A stretch of 53,664 bases of DNA from Ghiorsea sp. (GCA_027059605.1 JALSZC010000068.1:1-53664), one strand, 5' to 3'; counted from the first letter of the stretch, positions 19,601-28,203 are shown. Notes: a model not told the origin generated them from the letters alone. Program-made: numbers and translations.

Positions 19601-21043
19601 TTCCCAAAGCACAAAGCTAGATAATGGGCCGACATGCCCACCACATTCACGCCCCTCAAAAACAAACTTACGTGCGCCTTGTCCAATAAACATGCGTAAC
19701 AATTCAGGCGTTGGAGCATGGATATAAGTGCTAATACCTTCATCTTCCAAACGTTTGGCTTGGTCGGGTCGTCCACCTGCAATCAAAGCAAAAGGTGGTT
19801 TATGGTTTAAAACACTTTGTAACTGCGCTTCATAAAGTGTTTGGTCGATAAAACCAAGCAACCCAACACCCCAAGATTGGTCACGCAGCAACTTTTCTGA
19901 TTCTGCTAAAATACCATCAATCTGTTCAGCTTTAAGTACGGCAAGTGCTATCAATGGCAATGCCCCACCATCAGCCACTGCTTTGGCAAAACCTGGTGTA
20001 TCACTCACTCGTGTCATCGGTCCTTGCACAAATGGGTAAGTTGTTTGATGCGCTTGTGCTAAAGGTGATTCTTTACAAATAATATGGTTTTGTTTTGCCA
20101 ATTCAACTTGGGTTTTACTCTGTTGTAAAATCGTTTGTATCAAACGACCTGTGGTTTTATATGTGTCTGCAAATGTGGCTGCTAGGGCAATCGCTTGCCC
20201 CATGGGTAAGGCTTGATTCTCATAATCCCAACCTAGGCAATGCTTAGCTTTTTCTTGCCAAATCGCCTTAGCCTCAGCCAAGGTCTCCACATCCATATCA
20301 ATGGTATCGCGCAAGGTTTTCAACGACTGTGCTGCTTTTAGTCGAGGTAAATCCAAAATTCGACATGGTGCACCAAAGTGTTCCCCCACAGCCATACACT
20401 CTTTACCATTTAACCCTTCAACTGTTGGTCGAATATAATGAAGACCTGATTCAGGCATTAAAAACAATTGCTCTTCTAAAACCACTCCCGCAGCACCAAT
20501 TGCACGACAAGCAGCAGCCGAGTGAATGCCAATACCACCTTGAATATATACAGGTAAGGATGTTTCCCGAATAATTTTTTGACTTAAAATAAATGCAGCG
20601 TCTTCACCAACCCAGCCACCACTCTCGTACCCTTTTGCTAAAATACCTGCTATGCCATCTAGGCTTAATACTGGTTGCATTTGAGCAAGTTCATGAACTT
20701 CAAGCCATACACTTGCATGCGGCTTTTGCTTCAAAATGTGCAATAATAAAAGTTGTAATTCTTCAAATGTTGTTCCGTGCCACGACACAACAACAATGCA
20801 GCCTTCATCTAACATCGCACCAAGCCAGTCATCAATGTGATCTACTTGGCTCACATGAATTTTTAAACCAACTTGCCCAGTTCCCTTAGCTTTTGATAAT
20901 GCCTCAATATTACCTACCAGTTGCTTAGTATTCGACACGTACTCACAGTCTAAAATACCAATGCCGCCTGCCCGCGCAGTTGCCACCGCAACATTCGATG
21001 CCAAACACCCATCACTTATAGACACACATTGAAACTTTTCCAT
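13652..21043 (-). CDS. Iterative type I PKS, PUFA-synthase (PfaA)-like: tandem FMN TIM-barrel enoyl reductase-KS-AT-ACP-ACP-KR
   Basis: ER-like QGPMTRVSD/FEGRECGGH/AGGIHD; KS DAACGSS, EAHGTGT, GHTK; AT GHSLGE, GAFHS; two ELGIDSIKRVEI ACPs; KR TGGAKGIT and YAAAN. GAGGT RBS. Confidence 0.93.
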   Translation of the reverse strand: MEKFQCVSISDGCLASNVAVATARAGGIGILDCEYVSNTKQLVGNIEALSKAKGTGQVGLKIHVSQVDHIDDWLGAMLDEGCIVVVSWHGTTFEELQLLLLHILKQKPHASVWLEVHELAQMQPVLSLDGIAGILAKGYESGGWVGEDAAFILSQKIIRETSLPVYIQGGIGIHSAAACRAIGAAGVVLEEQLFLMPESGLHYIRPTVEGLNGKECMAVGEHFGAPCRILDLPRLKAAQSLKTLRDTIDMDVETLAEAKAIWQEKAKHCLGWDYENQALPMGQAIALAATFADTYKTTGRLIQTILQQSKTQVELAKQNHIICKESPLAQAHQTTYPFVQGPMTRVSDTPGFAKAVADGGALPLIALAVLKAEQIDGILAESEKLLRDQSWGVGLLGFIDQTLYEAQLQSVLNHKPPFALIAGGRPDQAKRLEDEGISTYIHAPTPELLRMFIGQGARKFVFEGRECGGHVGPLSSFVLWEQMIEVLLEDMPKGKEDEFQLLFAGGIHDGLSATMVNVLAAPLVTRGAKVGVLMGTVYLFTEEAVSQGSILQEFQNQAIQCESTINLVTGPGHASRCVNTTFAEEFYATRRRLLKEGVDAAEVSSHLDALSLGRLRIASKGVKRDDKGNVVQVSHDEQLEEGMYMIGQVATLHHEKTTVAGLHESMVQESLALVESIASSNMKEGKEVEPVDIAIVGVSTLLPGAHDVETYWQNILNKREVISEIPKERWDWRLYFDADRKIKDKIYMKNGGFFGEVPFDPMDFGIPPNSLRTIEPIQLLTLGVVQEALKDAGYESGNFDRENTSVILGASGGLGDLGVQYAARTELDKVVGKPNPEVLDRLPDWNEESFSGLLLNVAAGRVANRFDLGGTNQTVDAACGSSLAALKNAVQELESGVANVAIAGGIDTMMSPFSYMCFAKTQALSPSGTPRPFDKHGDGIVISEGIAVVVLKRLADAERDGDRIYGVIKGVGSSSDGRALGMTAPLPRGQMRALDRAYQKAGYTPDTVALFEAHGTGTNAGDKAESETIINTLHKHHTKPKSSALGSVKSQIGHTKATAGTAALIKAVLALHHKVQPPHMNVSEPLDVIADAQSPVFILNQKRPWFAASKHPRRAGVSAFGFGGTNYHATLEEYTGGLGKVPAGSKRWPHELFVFKADSQERLLKTLQQLQQALAQGSQPELHELAAAYAYQNSTGKVCLSLVADNLQHLQSLVTNALESISNENTTNLDANIHYSRDIYSDVGRMAWMYPGQGSQYVNMGIEHALYFEDVRQAFEEASHTLDDAFDQSLYDIVFPPSAFDKATVQQQQAALTHTHVAQPALAAYSLGLTRLLMHLGVQPDAFCGHSLGEYSALCAAGVFTEQTLYHLVETRGRLMGETKQGPEGTMAAIKLPRDEVETWLKEEPTIVVANHNAPQQTIISGEKDAMMRLLEKMEAQGVAARQLPVSGAFHSPLLSDAQQPLAQAIADTEMLVPTAPVYANKNGKPYAQDTSAIKTQLSEHLLGSVEFVTQIEVMYASGVRTFVEVGAKNVLSNLVKQILGDKPHRCIALDADGGRLKGLQYAIAQLVVCTPSLKVEQLFAERGLQVMTPTSLLAQAKPKPLGHTSFFVSGDKVRHHSEPKGSNGRSPMLTMETQSDMMPSAVAGKDNDLHSVATSSTANPMQQVLLSYQQTMREFLALQEKVVTDFLQGGGDALQNFEVPDMVASTQEKDVLTTSKPIQKVVEERQEETNSTPQSLLDLLVSIVAERTGYPEDMLDPDQDMEAELGIDSIKRVEIMGTLQDRLPTDMVAALQDHMDTISRTKSLRDMVTQIESLAPQAMATSSSTQPVEQTSASTAQKTDLLPLLVSIVAERTGYPEDMLDPDQDMEAELGIDSIKRVEIMGTLQDRLPTDMVSALQDHMDTISRTKSLRDMVAQIETLSGTEKKNEADHSPGATVSAKPSSFIENNLPRFTMTTVTLPEPQITNEKVEGCVLITPDRHQVASKVVKQLQKFDVESIVLPEHVLNDMESLESYIQQLLDEKTKVIGLIHLSSLIEHAGKSEETCNDVARLCHQSLFTLLKPIVRTANNSGAGKRVLSASLLQAYDTATQTYPPAISAGLKAMMKTLRHEYGNTHARSVDFDAEMSPMKMAKIIVAEFLDADSSYVEICYQHGQRISYIPEAKELSATSNSAIQPDHWVVLVTGGAKGITAEVLKDFAPFQPTLVLVGRTPLSSKDSDPMQGIEDPAEIRKQCIAVAKQEGRASTPVVIEKEVQAILSVRAIRKNIERLESLGAKVDYHSCDVTDDASFAGLIEGLYDKYGRIDAVVHAAGIIDDQLLVNKSVTSFSNVFDTKVSSALTLMRHIRPENLKLWVFFSSISGRFGNAGQVDYAAANEVLNELAIQMKAEWSHVRVKSINWGPWDSGTGMVTEAAVQQMAAMGIAMIAPKAGRDFFKQEVLLAPEEDVVVVASSLGEQALRLGTLA
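15303..15820. repeat. Near-identical ~200-bp duplication encoding the two ACP domains
   Basis: 15303-15505 and 15618-15820 (offset 315 nt) match with only a few substitutions. Confidence 0.9.
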
Positions 21044-21219
21044 GAATTACCTCTTTTTTGCAGCTGCTGAATAATAGTATCGGGGCTCGCATGACACAAT
21101 ATCCCGAAAACTAGACATGACCTACTCTGACAATTATACTGTAGTTTAAACTTTATTGTTTTGCCAATACTCTCTTGTAAAAAGATCATGCACGACTTTC
21201 AAAAAAGGAACAACTTAAA

Positions 21220-23148
21220 ATGAAACCATTTTTATACCTACTACTTTTACTTGTTTTTTCAGCTTGTTCACCATCTTCACCATCTTCACCATCTTCACCA
21301 TCTTCACCATCTTCACCATCTTCACCATCTTCACCATCTTCACCATCTTCACCATCTTCACCATCTTCATCACCTAATCTCACATTTACCGACGTTTCCA
21401 CACAAGCTAACATTCTTCATCAAGGACCTAGTTTTGGTGCAGGTTCTTGGGGAGATGCCAATGGTGATGGTTTGCCAGATTTATGGGTAGGCAACCATGC
21501 CAATCAACCCAACCTCTATATCAACAATGGTGATGGTACATTTACGGATGCAATTAACCAATATTGGGCGGGTTTACCAAATGCAGATACCCATGGTGCA
21601 GTTTGGACAGACTTAGACCGTGATGGCGCGCTTGACTTGGTCGAACTTGTTGGCGCACAAAGTGGTGTAGGCGCTGGAAGCAACCATGTTTTCATGAATC
21701 AAGCAGGCTCATTTATAAATCAGGCTCAAGCCAAAGGGCTGGATTATCCACTGGGTAGAGGACGAACACCATTGCCCGCAGACTTTAATCAAGATGGAAG
21801 AACTGACTTTGTCTTTTCAGGATTTTATCGTGCTGGCGGGGCAACAGAGCTGTTTATGCAAGATACATACACCTCTTTTTCGCCACAGGCAGCTTCTCAA
21901 GGCATGACTTTGCCAACGCAAGCACATAAGTCAGCACAGTTGGCAGACTTAAACAATGACAACACTCTTGACCTAATTGTAAACAGTTATAATTTCCCTC
22001 ACCGTATCTTTGACCCTCGAACCTTGCCAATGACAGTAATAACCAAAAGCCTAAATATCCCCACAAACACAAGTGTGCAAGATGTTGTTTTTGCGGACTT
22101 TAATAATGATTTATACACCGATATATATGTTGCATCTTACCCTGAACGCAGGTTATCTGAAGTCGCCCAATTTTCGACAACTGAAGTTCGTTTTCGCCTC
22201 ACGAATGATGGTACTCAAACCAAAGGGGTAACATTCACATCTACAACCTCACCTACATTTGACCTTGGAGGAACTCTCGCAAACGCGATTTTTATTGGTC
22301 ATGCAGCAACCCTTCCACAAGCCTCCACTTTCACACTTAATGCGCAAGACCCCTATGCGCAAGGCATTGCGCCATTGACCACCCCTGGTATTTATATTGG
22401 ATTTAACACAGTCTCTCAAGCATGGGAAGTTACAGCTTTCAAAACTACCCTACAAGGCAATGCAACCAATCCTTCATCATTAAACCTTTTAACATCTTCA
22501 GGGCTATCCAACCCAATCCCAACGCCTAGTCGTTTATTTTTAAACCTCGGAAACAACACATTTGCTGAGCAGCCCATTCCAGCCACCTTTGGGCGTTCTG
22601 CCGTTGCAGGAGACTTTGATAATGATATGGATATTGACTTGTATATTGTAGAATCAGGAACCGCGTTAAACAAACCTAACGTATTATTACTAAACGATGG
22701 TACCGGTGGTTTCCAAAAAGTAGCTTCTGGTGCTGAAGGCACGATACAGGGTATTGGCGATAGTGTATCTATGGCAGATTATGACCAAGATGGTTACTTG
22801 GACTTATTTGTTAGCAATGGTGAAGGACTTAGACCTTTCATTAATTTAGGTCCACAGCAACTTTTTCATAACCAAGGTGGTAGCAACCACTGGCTTGAAA
22901 TTGATTTACAAGGTACTTCCTCACAAGCAGAAGGGATAGGTACGATTGTCTATGTGACTAGCGGCGGTGTCACCCAGAAACGGGAGCAAAATGCAGGCAT
23001 ACATAAAAACACACAAAACCATGCGCGTTTGCACTTTGGCTTAGCTCAAAATACAAACATTGATACAGTTACAGTGTTATGGCCAAGTGGTAAAACAACA
23101 TTTCTTAACAATGTTGGAATAGACCAAATTATAAATATTCAAGAGTAA
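21220..23148 (+). CDS. CRTAC1/ASPIC-UnbV family FG-GAP beta-propeller lipoprotein
   Basis: Lipobox FSAC and seven DxDxDG-like loops (e.g. DANGDGLPD, DFNQDGRTD, DYDQDGYLD). C-terminal NHWLEIDL...LHFGL...VLWPSG is ASPIC/UnbV-like. Confidence 0.88.
   Translation: MKPFLYLLLLLVFSACSPSSPSSPSSPSSPSSPSSPSSPSSPSSPSSPSSSPNLTFTDVSTQANILHQGPSFGAGSWGDANGDGLPDLWVGNHANQPNLYINNGDGTFTDAINQYWAGLPNADTHGAVWTDLDRDGALDLVELVGAQSGVGAGSNHVFMNQAGSFINQAQAKGLDYPLGRGRTPLPADFNQDGRTDFVFSGFYRAGGATELFMQDTYTSFSPQAASQGMTLPTQAHKSAQLADLNNDNTLDLIVNSYNFPHRIFDPRTLPMTVITKSLNIPTNTSVQDVVFADFNNDLYTDIYVASYPERRLSEVAQFSTTEVRFRLTNDGTQTKGVTFTSTTSPTFDLGGTLANAIFIGHAATLPQASTFTLNAQDPYAQGIAPLTTPGIYIGFNTVSQAWEVTAFKTTLQGNATNPSSLNLLTSSGLSNPIPTPSRLFLNLGNNTFAEQPIPATFGRSAVAGDFDNDMDIDLYIVESGTALNKPNVLLLNDGTGGFQKVASGAEGTIQGIGDSVSMADYDQDGYLDLFVSNGEGLRPFINLGPQQLFHNQGGSNHWLEIDLQGTSSQAEGIGTIVYVTSGGVTQKREQNAGIHKNTQNHARLHFGLAQNTNIDTVTVLWPSGKTTFLNNVGIDQIINIQE
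21268..21366 (+). repeat. Perfect 9-bp tandem repeat (TCACCATCT)x11 encoding an SPS linker
   Basis: Read directly from the sequence, immediately after the lipobox Cys codon. Confidence 0.97.
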
Positions 23149-23151
23149 AAA

Positions 23152-24456
23152 ATGAAATCTAAACCATTAGTAATCACAATAAATACTCACTTGAATACGC
23201 TATCCAAAAGCAAAATTCTTATACAACTGCTGTTATTTGTATTCACTTTACCATTATTTAGCCTCACAAGTAATGCGGCAACAATCAATGTTCAGCAAAA
23301 TGATTTTGAACTTCATACAACTGGATTGGGGCAAGGTCATGCTTCTGTCGCAATGTTGAATAACGGCACATCTCTTATGGTTTGGCAAGAGCAAGGAACA
23401 CAAGCTCTCGTTATGGACAACCTTGGCAACACATTAGCACGTCTATACATTTCTAAACCAACTGAGTCAGCAAGTCACCCTATTGTATCGGCTGGCACAA
23501 ACCGCTTTGTCGTGACTTGGCAAGAGCGCACAAACCTTGGTCATGAAGTGTTTATTACAGTATTAGACAATGCAGGTAACACCCTTGTTGCTAAACAAAG
23601 TATCACCTTAGGCAACCAACCTTGGGTTTCAGATACAGTCATTCATCCTGATGTTGCAATGAATAAAAAGGGCGAATTTATTGTTGTATGGGATGTAATT
23701 CAGTCAGGTAAAAGAGTGATATATGGTCAAGGTTTCAACCGTATTGCGCAAAGCACTTCGCCTGTCACAATGCTATCCACTCGACCTTCTCTGGTACTCG
23801 ACCCAACATCAAAAATAGAACTTGGCTTTCCTGATGTTGATATGAATATAAAAGGTGATGTTGCTGTGGTTTGGGCGGGTTATGATGTGATAACTGCATC
23901 TTATCCCATTGCTCTTCGCAAGTTCAATATCCATGTTTCTCCGTGGGTCAATGCAGATGAACAGCTTTTGGACTATGTACCAGGATCTATACAAGCAAGA
24001 CCTAATGTTGGCTTAAATCATAAAGGGGATATTGCAGCTTCATGGATGGATATGACTGCATCAACCATGAATACAGCAAGTGTATTTTATAAGAAATATA
24101 ATAGTGCGCTGAATGTTTGGGAAAATACGATTCGTTTATCAGGCGAGTTAGATACAGGTGCTAACCGTATCACAAGTGAAATATTTGAAAGCGGTACTAG
24201 CATTGTTGCCTTTTCTGGCAAAAGTTTAGATGGTAGCCTAGATATATACATTAGCTTTTATTCGCCTAGCAACAAGCTCTTAAAAGCGTTTAAAGTCAAT
24301 GATAGCAACTCATCATTAGTGACCTTTGACCAACGAAGACCTGCCATTGCTTTTTCTAGTGGAGCTTTAACCGTAGATTTGATGCTAACATGGGAAATGG
24401 CTGTCACAGGTGGCAGCGATATAGTTTATGGTAAAAAATATAAGATTACTCGATAA
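23152..24456 (+). CDS. Secreted repeat (probable beta-propeller) protein
   Basis: Signal-like N-terminus ending SNA/A and repeated P-x-V-x(5-6)-G-x-hhVxW units. Confidence 0.7.
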   Translation: MKSKPLVITINTHLNTLSKSKILIQLLLFVFTLPLFSLTSNAATINVQQNDFELHTTGLGQGHASVAMLNNGTSLMVWQEQGTQALVMDNLGNTLARLYISKPTESASHPIVSAGTNRFVVTWQERTNLGHEVFITVLDNAGNTLVAKQSITLGNQPWVSDTVIHPDVAMNKKGEFIVVWDVIQSGKRVIYGQGFNRIAQSTSPVTMLSTRPSLVLDPTSKIELGFPDVDMNIKGDVAVVWAGYDVITASYPIALRKFNIHVSPWVNADEQLLDYVPGSIQARPNVGLNHKGDIAASWMDMTASTMNTASVFYKKYNSALNVWENTIRLSGELDTGANRITSEIFESGTSIVAFSGKSLDGSLDIYISFYSPSNKLLKAFKVNDSNSSLVTFDQRRPAIAFSSGALTVDLMLTWEMAVTGGSDIVYGKKYKITR

Positions 24457-24472
24457 ATAAAGAATAACGATT

Positions 24473-26956
24473 ATGCATCTCGAAAAAAACAACTATAATA
24501 AACTCATGAAAAGACTCACCTTAAGCTTTTTTATTATCATATTAATGCTACCCAGCTTTATTTTTGCTGCTTCGTTCAACAATGTTTTGACAGGTACTCC
24601 CACCAGCGATGGTTTTGGCTGGGTCACTGCTATTTCAGGTCAACATGCATTGATTGCAGCTCCTTTTTCATCTGCCCAATCTGCTAATGCAGGTAGTGTT
24701 TATGTCTATGATGAAGTGGCTGCTAACAACTGGGTAGCCAATGGCGAACTATGGGCAATGGACATTTATGCCAATGACCAGTTCGGTCATAGCCTTTCCA
24801 TTGATGGTGACACTGCAGTCGTCGGTGCGCCTTTCCACGATATAAACAAAAAAGATCAAGGTGCTGCTTATGTCTTTAACCGTGATAGCTTGACCAACAC
24901 TTGGACTCTTACACAAAAACTCATTGCCCCCACACCCAACCTCAATGGGCAATTCGGTAAAAGTGTTGCTATTGATGGAAATACCATGCTTATTTCTGCT
25001 TGGCATCACCCTCAAGGCGCAATACGCGATGTAGGAGAAGCTTTTGTTTTCACTAAAGACAAGCTTTCTGGGCAATGGTTGTACCAGCAATCCCTCACGC
25101 CATCTGTGCCTAGTAAAGGTCAACGCTTTGGTACATCTGTATCTATTAAAGAAAATGTTGCAGTAGTTGGTTCATATTGGGATACAGTAGATGGTTATAG
25201 CAAAGCAGGAAGTGCTTATGTTTATGAACGCAATAGCCAAAATAATACATGGGCAGAAACAGGACATCTGGTTGCAATAGATCGATATGCCAACAATTTC
25301 TTTGGTGGTAGCGTAGATACCAATGGACAAGTCATTGTTGTTGGGGCTCGTGAGAATGGTGCTGCCGCACTACAAGCAGGCAGTGCTTATGTGTTTCATA
25401 AGAATAACCAAGGTCAGTGGATACAGCACGCACAGTTACTAGCATCCGATGCACAAGCAAATGACAGATTTGGACGCTGGGTATCGATTACGGGTAATAT
25501 TATTTATGCAGGAGCCTTACGATCTGATTATAATGGACTCATTGATGCAGGTGCTGTCTATCGCTTTGACTATCAACCTTTCTTAGACACTTGGAGACAG
25601 ACAGATAAAATCATGCCTAACACTGCAACCGCAAACGAACACATTGGAGCACGCTTGGATGCCGATGGGAAGCGACTCATCATAGGCGCTGGTTTTGGTC
25701 ACGGCGCACCCGCGAACACAGGAAAAGCGTATGTGTACAGCTACAGTAATAGGAAAAGGTTAAGTTTTTCCGAGCAAGCACCTGTTGATGCAAATAGTAC
25801 ACTGCGCCAAACCCATGCAACCATTGCTACGCTTGTGTCAGGAAAAAATGTTGTCACTTGGGCAGGTGGCGGTATTTGGTATCGTATTTATGATACATCT
25901 GGATCACCACTTACCCCTGCAATTAAAATAGCAAATACAATAGCTGGAAATAATTACCCAGATATTACATCGCTTACTAACGAATACTTTGCTATTACAT
26001 GGCAAGGTCTAACTGTACGAGGCAAAGAAGCATTTGTAGCGGTCTTTGATGCTCAAGGCAATCCTACAGTTGCCCCATTTTCTATCACCCAAGATGTTAA
26101 CTTTGCATACAATTTATTAACCACTCATAAGATACACCCAGATATATCTAGCCTCAGTGATGGAAGCTTTTTAGTGGCTTGGGATACCATAGAGCTTGGA
26201 GTACGTCATGTATATTTACGGCATATAGCCAGTTCTGGAGCTCTGCTTTCAAATATTGTGCAGCTAGATAGCAAGCAAACGCACTTGTTTGCAGAAGTGT
26301 TTGATTATGGTATCCCCGATATTGATAGCAATCAAAATGGTGACGTTGTAGTCGCCTGGGGTGGTGAGCTGGATGCCAACGGAAATATTGGTATTGTTTA
26401 CAGAACATTTAATATCAATGATACCAATTGGCTTGCCACACCACAACAATGGTTAGTGCAACCTGCAGCAGGAACAGGCGCTAAATTTGCTAGGGTTATG
26501 CTCTCCATGAATAAACATGGTGACATCGTTGCGACATGGGCTGAAAACAATCGCTCTGCACCACGAAAAACAGCAGCCATGAAAATATATAATGCTACAC
26601 AAGCAATGTGGTCAAATAATATAGCACTGAACTACATCTCGCCTAGTCAAACCCCTGCAACTGACAACTATCAACCCATAGCGCACATCTTCAATAATCA
26701 GTTGGTATTTTCAGGTTGGTCAGTCGTCATGCCAGACCTTACAAGTGAAGTGGTTGGTCAGTTCTTTAAAGCCTCTGGCATAGCAAAAAGCAAACCATTT
26801 GTTATTAGCCAGAAAAACACTGTCACAGACAATAGGCTTGCTCTATCTGCATTTAGAGTGAACGCAAATAACATTCACATTAACATAACCTATGAACAAG
26901 TCGATAACACTGGTAAGCCATCACAAGTGATGCAGAAACTATACCTATTCCCTTAA
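24473..26956 (+). CDS. Secreted FG-GAP (integrin-alpha-like) repeat protein with second propeller domain
   Basis: About 7 repeats of DxFGxSVxIxG...VVGA...GxAYVY. The C-terminal half resembles the 23152-24456 protein. Confidence 0.87.
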   Translation: MHLEKNNYNKLMKRLTLSFFIIILMLPSFIFAASFNNVLTGTPTSDGFGWVTAISGQHALIAAPFSSAQSANAGSVYVYDEVAANNWVANGELWAMDIYANDQFGHSLSIDGDTAVVGAPFHDINKKDQGAAYVFNRDSLTNTWTLTQKLIAPTPNLNGQFGKSVAIDGNTMLISAWHHPQGAIRDVGEAFVFTKDKLSGQWLYQQSLTPSVPSKGQRFGTSVSIKENVAVVGSYWDTVDGYSKAGSAYVYERNSQNNTWAETGHLVAIDRYANNFFGGSVDTNGQVIVVGARENGAAALQAGSAYVFHKNNQGQWIQHAQLLASDAQANDRFGRWVSITGNIIYAGALRSDYNGLIDAGAVYRFDYQPFLDTWRQTDKIMPNTATANEHIGARLDADGKRLIIGAGFGHGAPANTGKAYVYSYSNRKRLSFSEQAPVDANSTLRQTHATIATLVSGKNVVTWAGGGIWYRIYDTSGSPLTPAIKIANTIAGNNYPDITSLTNEYFAITWQGLTVRGKEAFVAVFDAQGNPTVAPFSITQDVNFAYNLLTTHKIHPDISSLSDGSFLVAWDTIELGVRHVYLRHIASSGALLSNIVQLDSKQTHLFAEVFDYGIPDIDSNQNGDVVVAWGGELDANGNIGIVYRTFNINDTNWLATPQQWLVQPAAGTGAKFARVMLSMNKHGDIVATWAENNRSAPRKTAAMKIYNATQAMWSNNIALNYISPSQTPATDNYQPIAHIFNNQLVFSGWSVVMPDLTSEVVGQFFKASGIAKSKPFVISQKNTVTDNRLALSAFRVNANNIHINITYEQVDNTGKPSQVMQKLYLFP

Positions 26957-28032
26957 TGCTCATGTTAAGAGTTCCCATATATACATTCATACTATTTCTT
27001 GCTTTCACCCAAAGTGCAATAGCGGGTACGCTTGAAAAACAAGTCATAGATACTACTGTAAATCAACAAGCTGTGTGCATGGATGGTAGCCCCGCAGTTT
27101 ATTTTATAAACGCAGAAGAAACGCAAAAGAACTGGATCATTATGCTAGGCGGCGGGATTCCTTGCGGCACTTTAGAAAACTGCCAACAAGCATTGCAAAC
27201 TAAAAAGAACATGACCAGCTCCCTCTACCGTTGGGATACCATGCATGGTACAGGACTTCTTTCTGATGATGAGCGGAACAACCCAACCTTTTCTGCTTGG
27301 AACAAAGTTTTTATCCCACAATGTTCTATGGATGTCTGGGTTGGCAAACAAAAAGCCAGCCAAGCTTCAAAAGGGTTATCATTTCAAGGCAGCAGCATTC
27401 TTCATGGTGTTATTCAATCTTTAAAACATTCAGGATTAGACAAGGCATCTACACTTATCTTGGTTGGTAATTCTGCAGGCGGAATTGGTGTGATGAACCA
27501 TATTGATTGGGTTGCATCCCAACTACCTAAAACCAAGGTCAAAGGTATTGTTGATGGTAGCTGGATTCTTGATGCCCAACCTTTTCCTTCACGCAGTACC
27601 ATGCACCAAGATATTACAAAAAGACTATCTGCACTTGAAGTTCAAGTGGATAAAGGCTGTGCGCAAGCACACCCTGATGACCCATGGCACTGTATCATGG
27701 GTGCATATGTTTACCCCCATATACAATCACCTTTATTTATCCGAATATCTCAAACAGACCCTGTTCACTTAAGAAGACTAGGTATATCTCAACACCCTTC
27801 AAATCAACAGCGTGCATATATTCAGAAACACGCTACAGATATTTGTCAATCTTTAACGTCTACAGACAATTTTTTTAGTCTTCAAGGTACACCGCATACC
27901 GTTGTAAAAAACAAGCGCGCCTTTTCTTTATCGTATCAAGGACAATCATTTTATGATGCGATAACACAATTCGTACAAAAGCCTAAAACCAGCATTAAAA
28001 TCACAGACTGTTTTGCCAACAAAGCCAACTGA
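26956..28032 (+). CDS. Pectinacetylesterase/Notum-family esterase, secreted
   Basis: AVCMDGSPAVY, GGG oxyanion loop, NPTF..WNKVFIPQCSMD and GNSAGG nucleophile; signal peptide. Confidence 0.88.
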   Translation: MLMLRVPIYTFILFLAFTQSAIAGTLEKQVIDTTVNQQAVCMDGSPAVYFINAEETQKNWIIMLGGGIPCGTLENCQQALQTKKNMTSSLYRWDTMHGTGLLSDDERNNPTFSAWNKVFIPQCSMDVWVGKQKASQASKGLSFQGSSILHGVIQSLKHSGLDKASTLILVGNSAGGIGVMNHIDWVASQLPKTKVKGIVDGSWILDAQPFPSRSTMHQDITKRLSALEVQVDKGCAQAHPDDPWHCIMGAYVYPHIQSPLFIRISQTDPVHLRRLGISQHPSNQQRAYIQKHATDICQSLTSTDNFFSLQGTPHTVVKNKRAFSLSYQGQSFYDAITQFVQKPKTSIKITDCFANKAN

Positions 28033-28048
28033 TTAAACTACCTGCACC

Positions 28049-28128
28049 GTCATCCTCGCGAAAGCGGGGATCCATACTCATAAAGACATTCACTTGGTGG
28101 ATACCCGATAAAAGTACTCGGGTATGAC
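28049..28128. repeat. REP/RPE-like palindromic extragenic element between convergent genes
   Basis: GTCATCCTCGCGAAAGCGGGGATCCA ... TGGATACCCGATAAAAGTACTCGGGTATGAC: two hairpins with inverted GTCAT/ATGAC ends. Confidence 0.75.
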
Positions 28129-28203
28129 TGTAGTTTAATACTTGAACTACTCTAGGAGTGAAAAGCACAAGTTTGTCGAAATTTTGAGGTTTTCCAAGGC
28201 GCT

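Noticed and set aside
10653-21043. Canonical pfaABCD omega-3 PUFA cluster or enediyne PKSE
   Set aside because: No KS-CLF/FabA-type PfaC and no separate PfaD. Domain order and the presence of an ER-like domain do not fit PKSE, so no gene symbols were assigned.
21186-21490. Poly-His (HHL)n ORF on + and (GED)n ORF on -
   Set aside because: These are alternative-frame readings of the 9-bp repeat. The SPS frame belongs to a long lipoprotein gene with a signal peptide and RBS.
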